Shown: positions 8,011 through 17,048 of the stretch, piece by piece
Layout: the number at the start of each line of letters is the position of its first letter
Position numbering within the stretch: position 1 is the stretch's first letter
NCBI GenBank assembly: GCA_050177605.1
Contig: JBFXGX010000020.1
Location: forward strand, 1-34,364
Length of the DNA: 34,364 nt
Origin: Candidatus Izemoplasmatales bacterium
GTDB lineage: Bacteria; Bacillota_I; Bacilli_A; Izemoplasmatales; Hujiaoplasmataceae
Reading direction: 5' to 3'
Made by a program: the position numbers and the translations under genes
The notes under the pieces: model-generated
Databases searched by the model: none
Seen by the model: the letters and a program-made list of their open reading frames with translations, nothing else
What the model was told of the DNA's origin: nothing

Positions 8011-9240
8011 TTACTCCTCCAATTTATGTCTTTTTTCTGATCCTCCAAAACGTGCCATAAATCTTGTATATCCATATTCAATGCCATATGCATAATGAAC
8101 CTTTTCCCATAATATTAACATGGTTCCCCAAAAAAGAGCGATGACCAACCCTAAAAAGATTGATGTATACATCTCAAGTTGTAATCCAGGTTGAATCCAC
8201 AAGAGGATTTGCTTGACGAATGAAGAGAATAATTGCTCAATAAAGAAAACAGTCAACCCAGCAATCCCAAAGCGATAAAAGAATTTTGAAATGAAAGAAA
8301 GAGGTTTTCTAGCCGTATTCGTTTTATCATAGATAGAGATAAACAGATAAATAAGTAATTGGAATAGACCGATTTGAAATACCATGATTCCATACCATGT
8401 ATAATCAATCATTCTATCGAGCATCGTCTCTTCTGCGGTTAAATAGATGACTAATCCTGCGACAAAGAAAAGGATACCACTTGGTAAAATAGTCTGTTTC
8501 ATCTTCTTTGGATTATTTTCCAGCATTAGTGAAGCCATAAAAGATCCAAATAATCCAAATGCTAAAAACGGAAATATCGGATTATTTTTATTGACAAAGA
8601 AATTCAGCGCAATGACAACGAAATAATTTCCTTCATCTCTTGCGTTTAAATAAATCGCATATAAGGGAATACGAAACGCACTGAGAAGAAGAATGAGGGT
8701 TGCCAGAAGATAAAAAAACCAAGTCCTTTTTTTGTCGTCTTTAATAAACTTGTACGCTCCAACTGTAATCAGCCCAACCAAGATGACATTCGTTCCAATC
8801 ATCACGAGAGAATCGATATAAAGTATCCTGTCAAGAGAAGGCAAAATGAACCTCCCTGACTTGATCAGTTCTACTAACAAGCTTTGGTCCATACTTCGAG
8901 ATTCAAAGTGGATGATACCGGGTCCCGTAAACAAAAAATAAAGATAAGCAATCACAAGAACATAAAGTCCTGCAAATAACGAATACTTCATCACCATTTT
9001 ATAAGAAAAACCTTGTTCTTTGATTTTTCTTGCCACACTTAACGTATGAACAAAACCACTAATCATCGCAAATAAACCAGCAAACATCAGCACAAAACCA
9101 ATTAAAGTAATGATGAGTGGCGGGTTACTTAAATCAAGATCATAGATTCCGTCAAAATAATAAAAAGCCGTGTGTAAAATCAAAACACTAAAAATACCGA
9201 CACCACGAAGTACATCTAATCCAAACACTTGTTTTTTCAT
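8011..9240 (-). CDS. Polytopic membrane acyltransferase-like protein (HGSNAT/DUF1624/acyltransferase-3-like)
   Basis: N-terminal GLDVLRG...ILH, F..ISGF, FPFLAFGLFG; about 10 hydrophobic segments. Confidence 0.7.
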   Translation of the reverse strand: MKKQVFGLDVLRGVGIFSVLILHTAFYYFDGIYDLDLSNPPLIITLIGFVLMFAGLFAMISGFVHTLSVARKIKEQGFSYKMVMKYSLFAGLYVLVIAYLYFLFTGPGIIHFESRSMDQSLLVELIKSGRFILPSLDRILYIDSLVMIGTNVILVGLITVGAYKFIKDDKKRTWFFYLLATLILLLSAFRIPLYAIYLNARDEGNYFVVIALNFFVNKNNPIFPFLAFGLFGSFMASLMLENNPKKMKQTILPSGILFFVAGLVIYLTAEETMLDRMIDYTWYGIMVFQIGLFQLLIYLFISIYDKTNTARKPLSFISKFFYRFGIAGLTVFFIEQLFSSFVKQILLWIQPGLQLEMYTSIFLGLVIALFWGTMLILWEKVHYAYGIEYGYTRFMARFGGSEKRHKLEE

Positions 9241-9342
9241 GTCTTATCCCCTTCAACTTTATTACATCTATCTTATCATATCTAACCTATTATGGTAGGG
9301 GTTTTAAAAAAATAGCGAACAACTGTATGTTGTTCGCTCAGA

Positions 9343-10332
9343 CTAACGATATTTGTTTAACACAGAAAATGCTCTACGATATAGAAGCTTACTGACAAGT
9401 ACATTTCTTGCCCATCCAGGATTACTTCTTGTGTAGCGGTAGTATTTTTCAACTTCCATAATCAGACCAAGGTAAGCTACCATGAACGAATATCGAATTT
9501 GTTCATTCTGACCAGCAGAAATCTTTTTTTCAGCAACCTGGTTATACATCGCTAGCGTCTTTGTCTTTTTGTCTAGCGGAACTAAAAATTCAAAACAGAC
9601 AAAATCCGCAAGCGGATCTCCATAAAAACTTCTTTCAGGGTCAATCCAAGCAAGATGAATTTTACCATTCGCTTGATGACACATAATGTTGGACGGCCAT
9701 AAATCAAAATTAACCATCGTCGCGCTGACATCTTTTAATAAAATTTCATAGTGCTTGATAAACTCGAGTAACTTTTCCCCTCTTTTGGAAGGATGTCCCA
9801 CTTTCTTTGCGTCATCAAGCACATTGATAACCATTGAATAAAGAGCGTCATACCAATTATCATAAAGCTGATTTTGAATATATCCGAATTTTTCAGATTG
9901 AATCTGATGAATTTTAGAAACCATTGCGATTTGTTCAAGATGAGCCCAGTTCTTTTCTTCATCATTTTGAAATTTAAAATGTTCTAGCGAAACGCCAGGG
10001 ACCTGTTCCATCAGAAACCAAGGCGATGGTTTTTCGTTTGGATCTGTAGAGATGTAGAGTCGTTTCGGAACAGAAATATCCGTATATTTTTCAATCTGAT
10101 TATACCAATAGGTTTCTGACTGAATCATATTCTTTTCATAGGTAAGGACAGGAATCGTGTTTAAAGGTGCCATCTTTATACAGTAGATTCCGTCACCGGA
10201 ATAAACCGCATTAAATTCACCATCACCTAATGAAGTGATTTCTTTAACATCCATCTTCAAAGCTTTTTTAAATAGATCATGCAATGTCTCATTCGAAGCA
10301 ATTGTTTTCGATTTGCTCTTCAACATCCTCAC
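9343..10332 (-). CDS. Aminoglycoside phosphotransferase / choline kinase-like family protein
   Basis: LGDGEFNAVY, IK, ME..PG..L, DLWPSNIM, IDPER..YGDPLADF; alternative start ATG 10326; terminator at 9306-9338. Confidence 0.85.
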   Translation of the reverse strand: MRMLKSKSKTIASNETLHDLFKKALKMDVKEITSLGDGEFNAVYSGDGIYCIKMAPLNTIPVLTYEKNMIQSETYWYNQIEKYTDISVPKRLYISTDPNEKPSPWFLMEQVPGVSLEHFKFQNDEEKNWAHLEQIAMVSKIHQIQSEKFGYIQNQLYDNWYDALYSMVINVLDDAKKVGHPSKRGEKLLEFIKHYEILLKDVSATMVNFDLWPSNIMCHQANGKIHLAWIDPERSFYGDPLADFVCFEFLVPLDKKTKTLAMYNQVAEKKISAGQNEQIRYSFMVAYLGLIMEVEKYYRYTRSNPGWARNVLVSKLLYRRAFSVLNKYR

Positions 10333-10380
10333 CTCATCTTCTCCTTCTATTTTACCATAAGCTTCAAAAATAAAGCAGAG

Positions 10381-10411
10381 AAAAAAGACTTTAGGTGGAC
10401 CTAAAGTCTTT
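10381..10411 (-). terminator. Intrinsic terminator
   Basis: AAAAAAGACTTTAGG-tgga-CCTAAAGTCTTT. Confidence 0.8.
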
Positions 10412-10427
10412 GTCTATAAAAGTATTT

Positions 10428-13400
10428 TTATTCTACCGTGTTTTGTGCAAAAACAAGTAATGGAGGTAAGGTCTCTAAAACACCAGATAAATCCTCACTA
10501 ACCACTTTGGAAATATTAAATGCAACATATTGATAATCTCCCCAGAAGGCCTCATCAAGGTTGATAACTCCCGTTAAATTTGCGCTACGATATAATACTG
10601 AATAGGTATTATAGGAGTAATCAAGATAAATAACGCGTACTTGATACCCTTCCGCAACCGTTAATGTATCATAAACACCAACAGTTGATTTAGAAAGAAC
10701 ATTTGATGCCGCAAAACCTTTGATGAATGCTGTATCACCCGTTGTAATTGATTGCGCGTAATTATTCCAATATCCGCTTGTAAAAGATAATGGCATATCT
10801 GAATGATCAACGAGTTCTGCAGTAAACGGCGTAAAAGTTAATTTCGTTCCTAGTGTATCAACAGAAGCTGTTAAATCTGAAGTGGATGGTGCAGTTGAAA
10901 TATTGAAACCAATCCATTGGTAATCGAGATAAAGTCCATCTGTTAAAACAAATGATCCAACAAAGTTTTCGCTTCTTGCGGCTACTTTATATCCTGTTTC
11001 TGCTGAATAGGTGAAGAAAATAACGCGCACTTGATATCCTGCTTCAATTGTAACGAGTGTTCCTGCAGGAAGGACTTGTCTTGTAATAATATTGGATCCA
11101 GCATAGACTGTACTTGCAGTTAATGCAACACCATTGGTGTTCCAATATCCTAAACTAAAGTTTACACCTTCGGTCGCATAAGTTAATTTTCCAGGTAGTG
11201 ATGCTAAGACGCCTGATAAATCCTCACTAACTACTTTAGAAATGTTGAATGCGACATATTCATATTCACCCCAGAATGTTTCATCAAGTAAAATCGTTCC
11301 TGTTAAGTTCGCAGTTCTGAAAAGAACAGTGTATTCTCCATAACCATCATAGCCTAAGTAAATCACACGTACTTGATATCCTGCTTCTACTGTAATGGAA
11401 TCAATACCAGCATAGTATTCTTTTGATTGTGGTGAAGAGGCACCATATCCTTTAATAAAGGATGTATCCCCTGTCGTAATCGCATGTTTTCCTAATTCCC
11501 AATAACCCGTTGTAAAGGAAATAGCGCTGTCTGTATGAGGCACAGCCATTGGATGCATTGAAAGGATTGTATCAACGGCAGTTGATGTTAAATCTGTATC
11601 TTCATTTGTTGTAGTAAGAATGAATGCAAGCAATTCTTTACCATCCGCAAAGGTTTGATCTACGTATAAGTATTCAGTTTGGAATGAACTCACAGAATCT
11701 ACGGTATATTGTCCCATATCATAACTCAAGACAACATAAGCCATTTTATATCCACTTGCCACTTCAAAAACTGTATCATAATCATAAAATGCAGGTGTGA
11801 GTGGGTTTGAAGAAAGGTAATTTGGTGAGGTTGTTACTAAAGCATGTCCACCAACTTCCCAAAGTCCTGAAGACCAAGTTAAATCTCCATCCACATGTCC
11901 TTCACCGGTTCCTTCAGGATGATAGAGATGGAATTTACCTACAACTTCATCCAAACGATCATTAATGACAGAGGTTGGATTTGTTGTAATATTAAATCCT
12001 ACGTAATCATAATTGCCCCAGAAGGCTTCATCAATTTCAATATAAGGAACTTGATATAATGCAGTACGATAAACAACATGATAATCTTCTCCGACTTTTT
12101 CAAAGAAAATGACACGATATTGATATCCTTCTGCCATAACAATTTCAGAACCTACTGGAAGTAAATATTTAGGTATTGGCATTACTGCAGCAAAGCTATT
12201 GTATAAAGCATCAGTTGAAGGAGCAACTGCTGTTGCATTGTCATTCCAGAAACCTTGAACGTATTCAAAACTAAATTCGACACCGTTCACATCAATTGGT
12301 TCTGGCTCAGGTTCTGTAGTATAAGTCGAGTTGGTTACATTGTACATATGAGCATATGCGTTATTGACTGCTTCCATAGCGAGTTCTTGTTGGATTTGAG
12401 AAACACCTGAAGGCATATAAGCTATGGTTGTAGGGCTCACGTCAAATCCGGTAATCTCTTTGAAGAACATTAGACCTGCGATATATCTTCCTAGTGGATC
12501 TGATAAATGATATCCATCACGGTTAAAGTTATCTCCCATATAAGAAGTTCTTGCATTTTGAATCGCTGTCCCTGAAGGAATGACACCTTCAAATTGTGAA
12601 ATGGTTAAAACTTCAGTAGCGACTGTACTTGTAATTGCTTGGTACATTATAGATTGATCACTTTGATAATTTAAGAATCCAGAATGAGTTGATGTTTGTT
12701 GGTATGCCCAGGTCATATGCCAATAAAGAGCTACATTTGGATTGGTTGCATTTTCTTCGATATAGGTAACAAGACGAGATACATAATTACTATAAGAACT
12801 TGGAACTCCACTATCGTTAGATACTTGTTGGAGAGTAATAACATCCCAGTCTTCATAGGCTAATGCATCACTTAATTTCACATTATTGGTTACTTGTAAC
12901 GTTGTACTTGTATAAAGTTGGTATTGATAAGCTGCGGCATCAGTAGCCATGTTTGCTACATGTGTTGCTAAAGAACATCCACCAATATACATGTTCGCAA
13001 TCACGATATTTTCTGCTGGAATACCATAAGAAAGTGCAATTGCATACAGGTAACGTTGTGCATCTTCAGAGAAACTATTTCCAATCGATAACACTTTAAA
13101 TGAATTCATATAGTTATTTTCTGCTTTCCATTTTGCATAAAGCGTCGTGTCAGCTGTGACTTGATCGTTTCCAAAATCCCATAAAGTAGTGAACGCTGCA
13201 TCGCTATACCATCCAGCAAATACAAATCCTTCTTTTGCAGGATTTCCTGGACGATTTGCAGTCTCATTTTCTTCGACTGGTTGAGAAACAACCGCAGTTC
13301 CACCATCTGTTGAGAATGTAACAGTATAAGCAATTGGAACAAGATCCCATTTGGCATATAAAGTCATATCAGAAGTTACTGTAGAAGTATAGAAGAACCA

Positions 13401-13865
13401 TTCAGTTTCAAATGTAGCTTCTAAATACCATCCTGCGAAAGTATATCCATCTTTGGTAGGATAAGCAGGTTCTGGACAAGTTGCATTTTCATTGACGACG
13501 ATGCTATTGATCGCTGACCCACCATTTGTGTTAAAAGTAACCGTAAATGTAGTAATGTCTTGAGACCACTTAGCATATAGGGTCATATTCGATGTAACTG
13601 TATCAGAATTAAAATTCCATGATGTAGTAAAAGAATTATCTGTGTACCATCCCATAAAAGAATATCCTTCTCTTGTAGGAGTTGTCGGTACAGAAAGAAG
13701 TTCACCATCTTCTACTGTGAGGGCATCAAGACTAGTATCATCAAACAAAACAAAATTAACGGTAAATGAATCTTTGCTAACCGTTGTATCTGATGATGTC
13801 GTTTGACATGCAACAAGTGTAAAGGCTAATACAAATGACATAAAAATAAAAAGCGTTTTTTTCAT
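10428..13865 (-). CDS. Large lipoprotein: 3 InlB B-repeats, SGNH hydrolase (DUF4886-like), five ~120-aa C-terminal repeats
   Basis: ATG 13865 (AAGGGGA RBS), LVAC lipobox, three P(T/A)(R/K)(E/D)G(Y/F).F.GWY...LYAKW repeats, SGNH blocks IGNSFS / IGG / LQQ / DGYH, repeated G.W...GYQVRVI...AFNIS units. Confidence 0.88.
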   Translation of the reverse strand: MKKTLFIFMSFVLAFTLVACQTTSSDTTVSKDSFTVNFVLFDDTSLDALTVEDGELLSVPTTPTREGYSFMGWYTDNSFTTSWNFNSDTVTSNMTLYAKWSQDITTFTVTFNTNGGSAINSIVVNENATCPEPAYPTKDGYTFAGWYLEATFETEWFFYTSTVTSDMTLYAKWDLVPIAYTVTFSTDGGTAVVSQPVEENETANRPGNPAKEGFVFAGWYSDAAFTTLWDFGNDQVTADTTLYAKWKAENNYMNSFKVLSIGNSFSEDAQRYLYAIALSYGIPAENIVIANMYIGGCSLATHVANMATDAAAYQYQLYTSTTLQVTNNVKLSDALAYEDWDVITLQQVSNDSGVPSSYSNYVSRLVTYIEENATNPNVALYWHMTWAYQQTSTHSGFLNYQSDQSIMYQAITSTVATEVLTISQFEGVIPSGTAIQNARTSYMGDNFNRDGYHLSDPLGRYIAGLMFFKEITGFDVSPTTIAYMPSGVSQIQQELAMEAVNNAYAHMYNVTNSTYTTEPEPEPIDVNGVEFSFEYVQGFWNDNATAVAPSTDALYNSFAAVMPIPKYLLPVGSEIVMAEGYQYRVIFFEKVGEDYHVVYRTALYQVPYIEIDEAFWGNYDYVGFNITTNPTSVINDRLDEVVGKFHLYHPEGTGEGHVDGDLTWSSGLWEVGGHALVTTSPNYLSSNPLTPAFYDYDTVFEVASGYKMAYVVLSYDMGQYTVDSVSSFQTEYLYVDQTFADGKELLAFILTTTNEDTDLTSTAVDTILSMHPMAVPHTDSAISFTTGYWELGKHAITTGDTSFIKGYGASSPQSKEYYAGIDSITVEAGYQVRVIYLGYDGYGEYTVLFRTANLTGTILLDETFWGEYEYVAFNISKVVSEDLSGVLASLPGKLTYATEGVNFSLGYWNTNGVALTASTVYAGSNIITRQVLPAGTLVTIEAGYQVRVIFFTYSAETGYKVAARSENFVGSFVLTDGLYLDYQWIGFNISTAPSTSDLTASVDTLGTKLTFTPFTAELVDHSDMPLSFTSGYWNNYAQSITTGDTAFIKGFAASNVLSKSTVGVYDTLTVAEGYQVRVIYLDYSYNTYSVLYRSANLTGVINLDEAFWGDYQYVAFNISKVVSEDLSGVLETLPPLLVFAQNTVE

Positions 13866-13882
13866 AAATGTCCCCTTCATTT

Positions 13883-13900
13883 TATCGAAACGTTTCGATA
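13883..13900. promoter_or_regulatory. Perfect 18-bp palindrome, LacI/GalR-type operator
   Basis: TATCGAAAC|GTTTCGATA with central CG and AAAC/GTTT core, between the promoter and RBS of the SGNH lipoprotein. Confidence 0.75.
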
Positions 13901-13944
13901 TTTTTTGAAAAATTAATAGTCAGAACTTTTCTGCCTATATTTTT

Positions 13945-13973
13945 AATATACTAAAAACAAAATATTTTGTCAA
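13945..13973 (-). promoter_or_regulatory. SigA-type promoter TTGACA-17-TATATT
   Basis: Minus-strand TTGACA (13973-13968) and TATATT (13950-13945); cre-like TGTAAACCTTTTCA at 13981-13994. Confidence 0.65.
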
Positions 13974-14081
13974 TCATTTTTGTAAACCTTTTCATAAAAA
14001 ACGAAAGGATGAACATTTATTCATTAAAATGAATATCTATGAATATAAAAACTCCTATTTATTAGATAAATAGGAGAGTCT

Positions 14082-14495
14082 TTATTGGGCTACTTTGGCT
14101 AATTCTTCATAAAATATTGGGTTGTGCTTATCAAGCTTCAAAAGTTCAAAAGTGTCCGTGTCTACCGAAACAACCTTAGTTCTTCCTTTCGCTTTTAGTT
14201 CACCAGATTCATCCTTCACTTCATGAGAAAACTCAATCTGATATTTTGAGAAAGAGACAACCGAAGTATAGATATAGATGACATCTGTCACCTTAATGCT
14301 CTTTAAATAAGTACATTGAACATCTCTTAGTGGAAACATCATTCCACTTGACTCAAACTGATAATAATCGTAGCCGAGTTGTTTTAAAAAGTCGATTCTA
14401 GCGAGTTCAAAGTAAACGAAATAATTGGAGTGATGAATCACACCCATTTGATCTGTATCTTTATATCTGAGTTCAATTTTAGTTTTTGATACCAT
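14082..14495 (-). CDS. Acyl-CoA thioesterase, YbgC/4HBT hotdog family
   Basis: RYKDTDQMGVIHHSNYFVYFELAR signature; own terminator at ~14047-14078. Confidence 0.92.
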   Translation of the reverse strand: MVSKTKIELRYKDTDQMGVIHHSNYFVYFELARIDFLKQLGYDYYQFESSGMMFPLRDVQCTYLKSIKVTDVIYIYTSVVSFSKYQIEFSHEVKDESGELKAKGRTKVVSVDTDTFELLKLDKHNPIFYEELAKVAQ

Positions 14496-14561
14496 CGAAA
14501 TATCCTCGTTTCATACTGTAATTTATATATATTATATACTATAATCGACAATATAACCCAT

Positions 14562-14590
14562 AAAAAAAGCTTATCCATGATAGATAAGCT
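14562..14590 (-). terminator. Terminator closing the hydrolase-malic enzyme operon
   Basis: AAAAAAAGCTTATC-catgata-GATAAGCT. Confidence 0.75.
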
Positions 14591-14596
14591 GTTTCT

Positions 14597-15862
14597 TTAT
14601 TCAATGTCTAGTACATTTTTCACGTATTGTTCTAAGATAGCGACTCTAGAAACGGTAAGAGAACTTGGATGATAAGTATTGGTTCTTTCGTTTCCAAATA
14701 TCGTTAAGTAAAAAGTATATGCCGCAACATAACTTCCATCAATTGTCGGATGAAAATCATCCGCATAATCAAGTAAGTTAATCGTTGGTTCATTCATCGT
14801 TAATTGATAGAATACCGTTCCTACTGGCGCAAGCATTGTATTGTATAGTGCTGATGCCTCTTGATAGGCGCTTGTTAACACATTATAAAATTCAGTGTAG
14901 GTATATCCTGTGCTCGCGAGTTTACTCGAGCCATCACGATAGCTCCAAGTGGAATAAAGAATGGTCTTCGCACCGCTCGCTTCAATTAATTGATTAAGTT
15001 CACCGACCGCATCGATAAAGCCCTGCTTATCTGTCGCGGGTTTACTACTCTGTTCTTGCAAAATGACGTAATCCCAAGCACGTTCATTGATTTTACTCAC
15101 GACTTCGTCAGTTTCAGGTGTGCCAAGTGTCACATACTGAGATAATTGAAATCCACCATAGGTAATTTGTTCGACATGAACTTGATACCCGCTTGTCGAT
15201 GCCATAAGTGATAAAATCGTTGGCATATTATTATAATAGGTGAAGCTGTTACCAATAAACAGAATATTTACTTCTTCGTTCACGATGACCTCCGAATGAA
15301 TGTTAATATTTGAAATCGAAATCGTGCTATCATTGTTGAAAGTTCCGAGTCCGATAACCAAGATTCCATTAGCTAAAACAGTGATTTCTGGTGTAAATTC
15401 AAACGAAAATGTTTGAAGAGTCCCATCGAGGGTATATTGCTCATCGACAATCAAATTTGCGCTTGAATCATATACTTGAATTGAGAATTCTTCTCCAAGC
15501 GTTCCTTCTGCATCAAAGGAAACAGTATACGTCGTCCCTTCTGTAAAAGATAAAGAGTTATACGTCATCTTTCTTGCCCAAGTGGTGCTACTTCCCCAGT
15601 CTTCATCTGCTTCTTTTTGAGTGAACGTCAGTTGTCCATGATTAACACCAAACGAAGGCGATGTCTTATAGTTACTATAAAATGTCCATCCTTGATTATT
15701 ACCAACATTCAAAGATAACGGATTGAGCGTATCTGTAGCTGCTGTCGTCCTTGATGTCGTGGTTTCATTTGCAGATGTCGTTGTCGTCGTGGTTGTGTCC
15801 ATTTGACAGGATACGAGTCCTGCAATCAGAAATAACAGGAATAGAGTGATAATTTTTTTCAT
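14597..15862 (-). CDS. Lipoprotein with Thr-rich linker, CBM4/9-like domain and SGNH hydrolase (DUF4886-like)
   Basis: LVSC lipobox, poly-Thr, GTTYTVSFDA...QTFSFEFT...ISNINI beta-sandwich, ILFIGNSFTYYN / YGG / LQEQS / DDFHP. Confidence 0.85.
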   Translation of the reverse strand: MKKIITLFLLFLIAGLVSCQMDTTTTTTTSANETTTSRTTAATDTLNPLSLNVGNNQGWTFYSNYKTSPSFGVNHGQLTFTQKEADEDWGSSTTWARKMTYNSLSFTEGTTYTVSFDAEGTLGEEFSIQVYDSSANLIVDEQYTLDGTLQTFSFEFTPEITVLANGILVIGLGTFNNDSTISISNINIHSEVIVNEEVNILFIGNSFTYYNNMPTILSLMASTSGYQVHVEQITYGGFQLSQYVTLGTPETDEVVSKINERAWDYVILQEQSSKPATDKQGFIDAVGELNQLIEASGAKTILYSTWSYRDGSSKLASTGYTYTEFYNVLTSAYQEASALYNTMLAPVGTVFYQLTMNEPTINLLDYADDFHPTIDGSYVAAYTFYLTIFGNERTNTYHPSSLTVSRVAILEQYVKNVLDIE

Positions 15863-15872
15863 CTTTACTCCG

Positions 15873-17024
15873 TTAACCTTTTAAGTTGACAATCGCTTGT
15901 GAAATGTTTTTTGCGACGCTTAAGTTAAAAATATCTGGAATAATATAATCCGCTCGAAGTTCTTCTACAGGAATAATATTACTTAAAGCGTGACAAGCCG
16001 CAATTTCCATTTCTGTCGTAACTTGTTTAACTCTCGCTTCAAGAAGTCCTTTAAATAATCCAGGGAAGACTAACGCATTATTAATTTGATTCGGAATATT
16101 TGAAATACCCGCGCCATAGATTAATACACCAGCTTCAAGTGCAATGTCTCTAGCTATTTCAGGTGTAGGATTTGCCATTGGGAACATGATTGCATCTTTA
16201 TTCATTGAAGCAGCCATTTCTTTCGTGACGATATTTCCAACGCTTACGCCAACAAAGACATCAGCCCCTTGTAAAGCATCTTTTAAGGTTCCTTTTAATC
16301 CAAAAGGATTTGTCTCTTTTGCTAGATGAATTTGATACGAATTTAATGCTTGTGTTTCAGGATCTAAAATTCCAGCTTTATCACAAACAACAAGATTTTT
16401 AGCACCAAGTTCAATTAAGAATTTGCTTATCGCAATTCCAGCACTCCCTGCACCATTTAAAACAATTCGTACATCTGCAATGGATTTTTTGACAAAACGC
16501 AAAGCATTTAATAAGGCTGCACCACAAGCAATCGCAGTTCCATGTTGATCGTCATGGAAAACCGGAATATCAAGTTTTTCGCGTAAGCGACGTTCTACTT
16601 CAAAACAACGAGGAGCACTAATATCTTCTAAATTTATTCCACCAAAAGAAGGTGCTAAATAGGTAATTGTTTTGATTAGTTCTTCAGTATCTTTCGTATC
16701 TAAAACGATTGGGAATGCATTGACATCACCAAACTTTTTAAACAAAGCACATTTGCCTTCCATTACTGGAATCGCTGCTAAAGGTCCGATATCGCCTAGA
16801 CCGAGCACTGCGGTACCGTCACTAATGACAGCAACGGTATTTTTTTTCGCAGTTAAAGCATAAGCTTCTTCGGGGTTATCATGAATCAGGAGACAGCTTT
16901 GTGCAACACCTGGCGTATAGATAAGAGCAAGGTCTTCTTTGGTTTTTATTTCATATTTTGATTTAACTTCAATCTTTCCACTAAGGTCACGATGAAGTTG
17001 TACAGATTTTTCGAGTAAGTTCAT
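15873..17024 (-). CDS. NAD(P)-dependent malic enzyme (short bacterial type)
   Basis: [73 protein letters not shown]. Confidence 0.96.
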   Translation of the reverse strand: MNLLEKSVQLHRDLSGKIEVKSKYEIKTKEDLALIYTPGVAQSCLLIHDNPEEAYALTAKKNTVAVISDGTAVLGLGDIGPLAAIPVMEGKCALFKKFGDVNAFPIVLDTKDTEELIKTITYLAPSFGGINLEDISAPRCFEVERRLREKLDIPVFHDDQHGTAIACGAALLNALRFVKKSIADVRIVLNGAGSAGIAISKFLIELGAKNLVVCDKAGILDPETQALNSYQIHLAKETNPFGLKGTLKDALQGADVFVGVSVGNIVTKEMAASMNKDAIMFPMANPTPEIARDIALEAGVLIYGAGISNIPNQINNALVFPGLFKGLLEARVKQVTTEMEIAACHALSNIIPVEELRADYIIPDIFNLSVAKNISQAIVNLKG

Positions 17025-17048
17025 CAGGTTTGTCCCCTTCCTATTATT

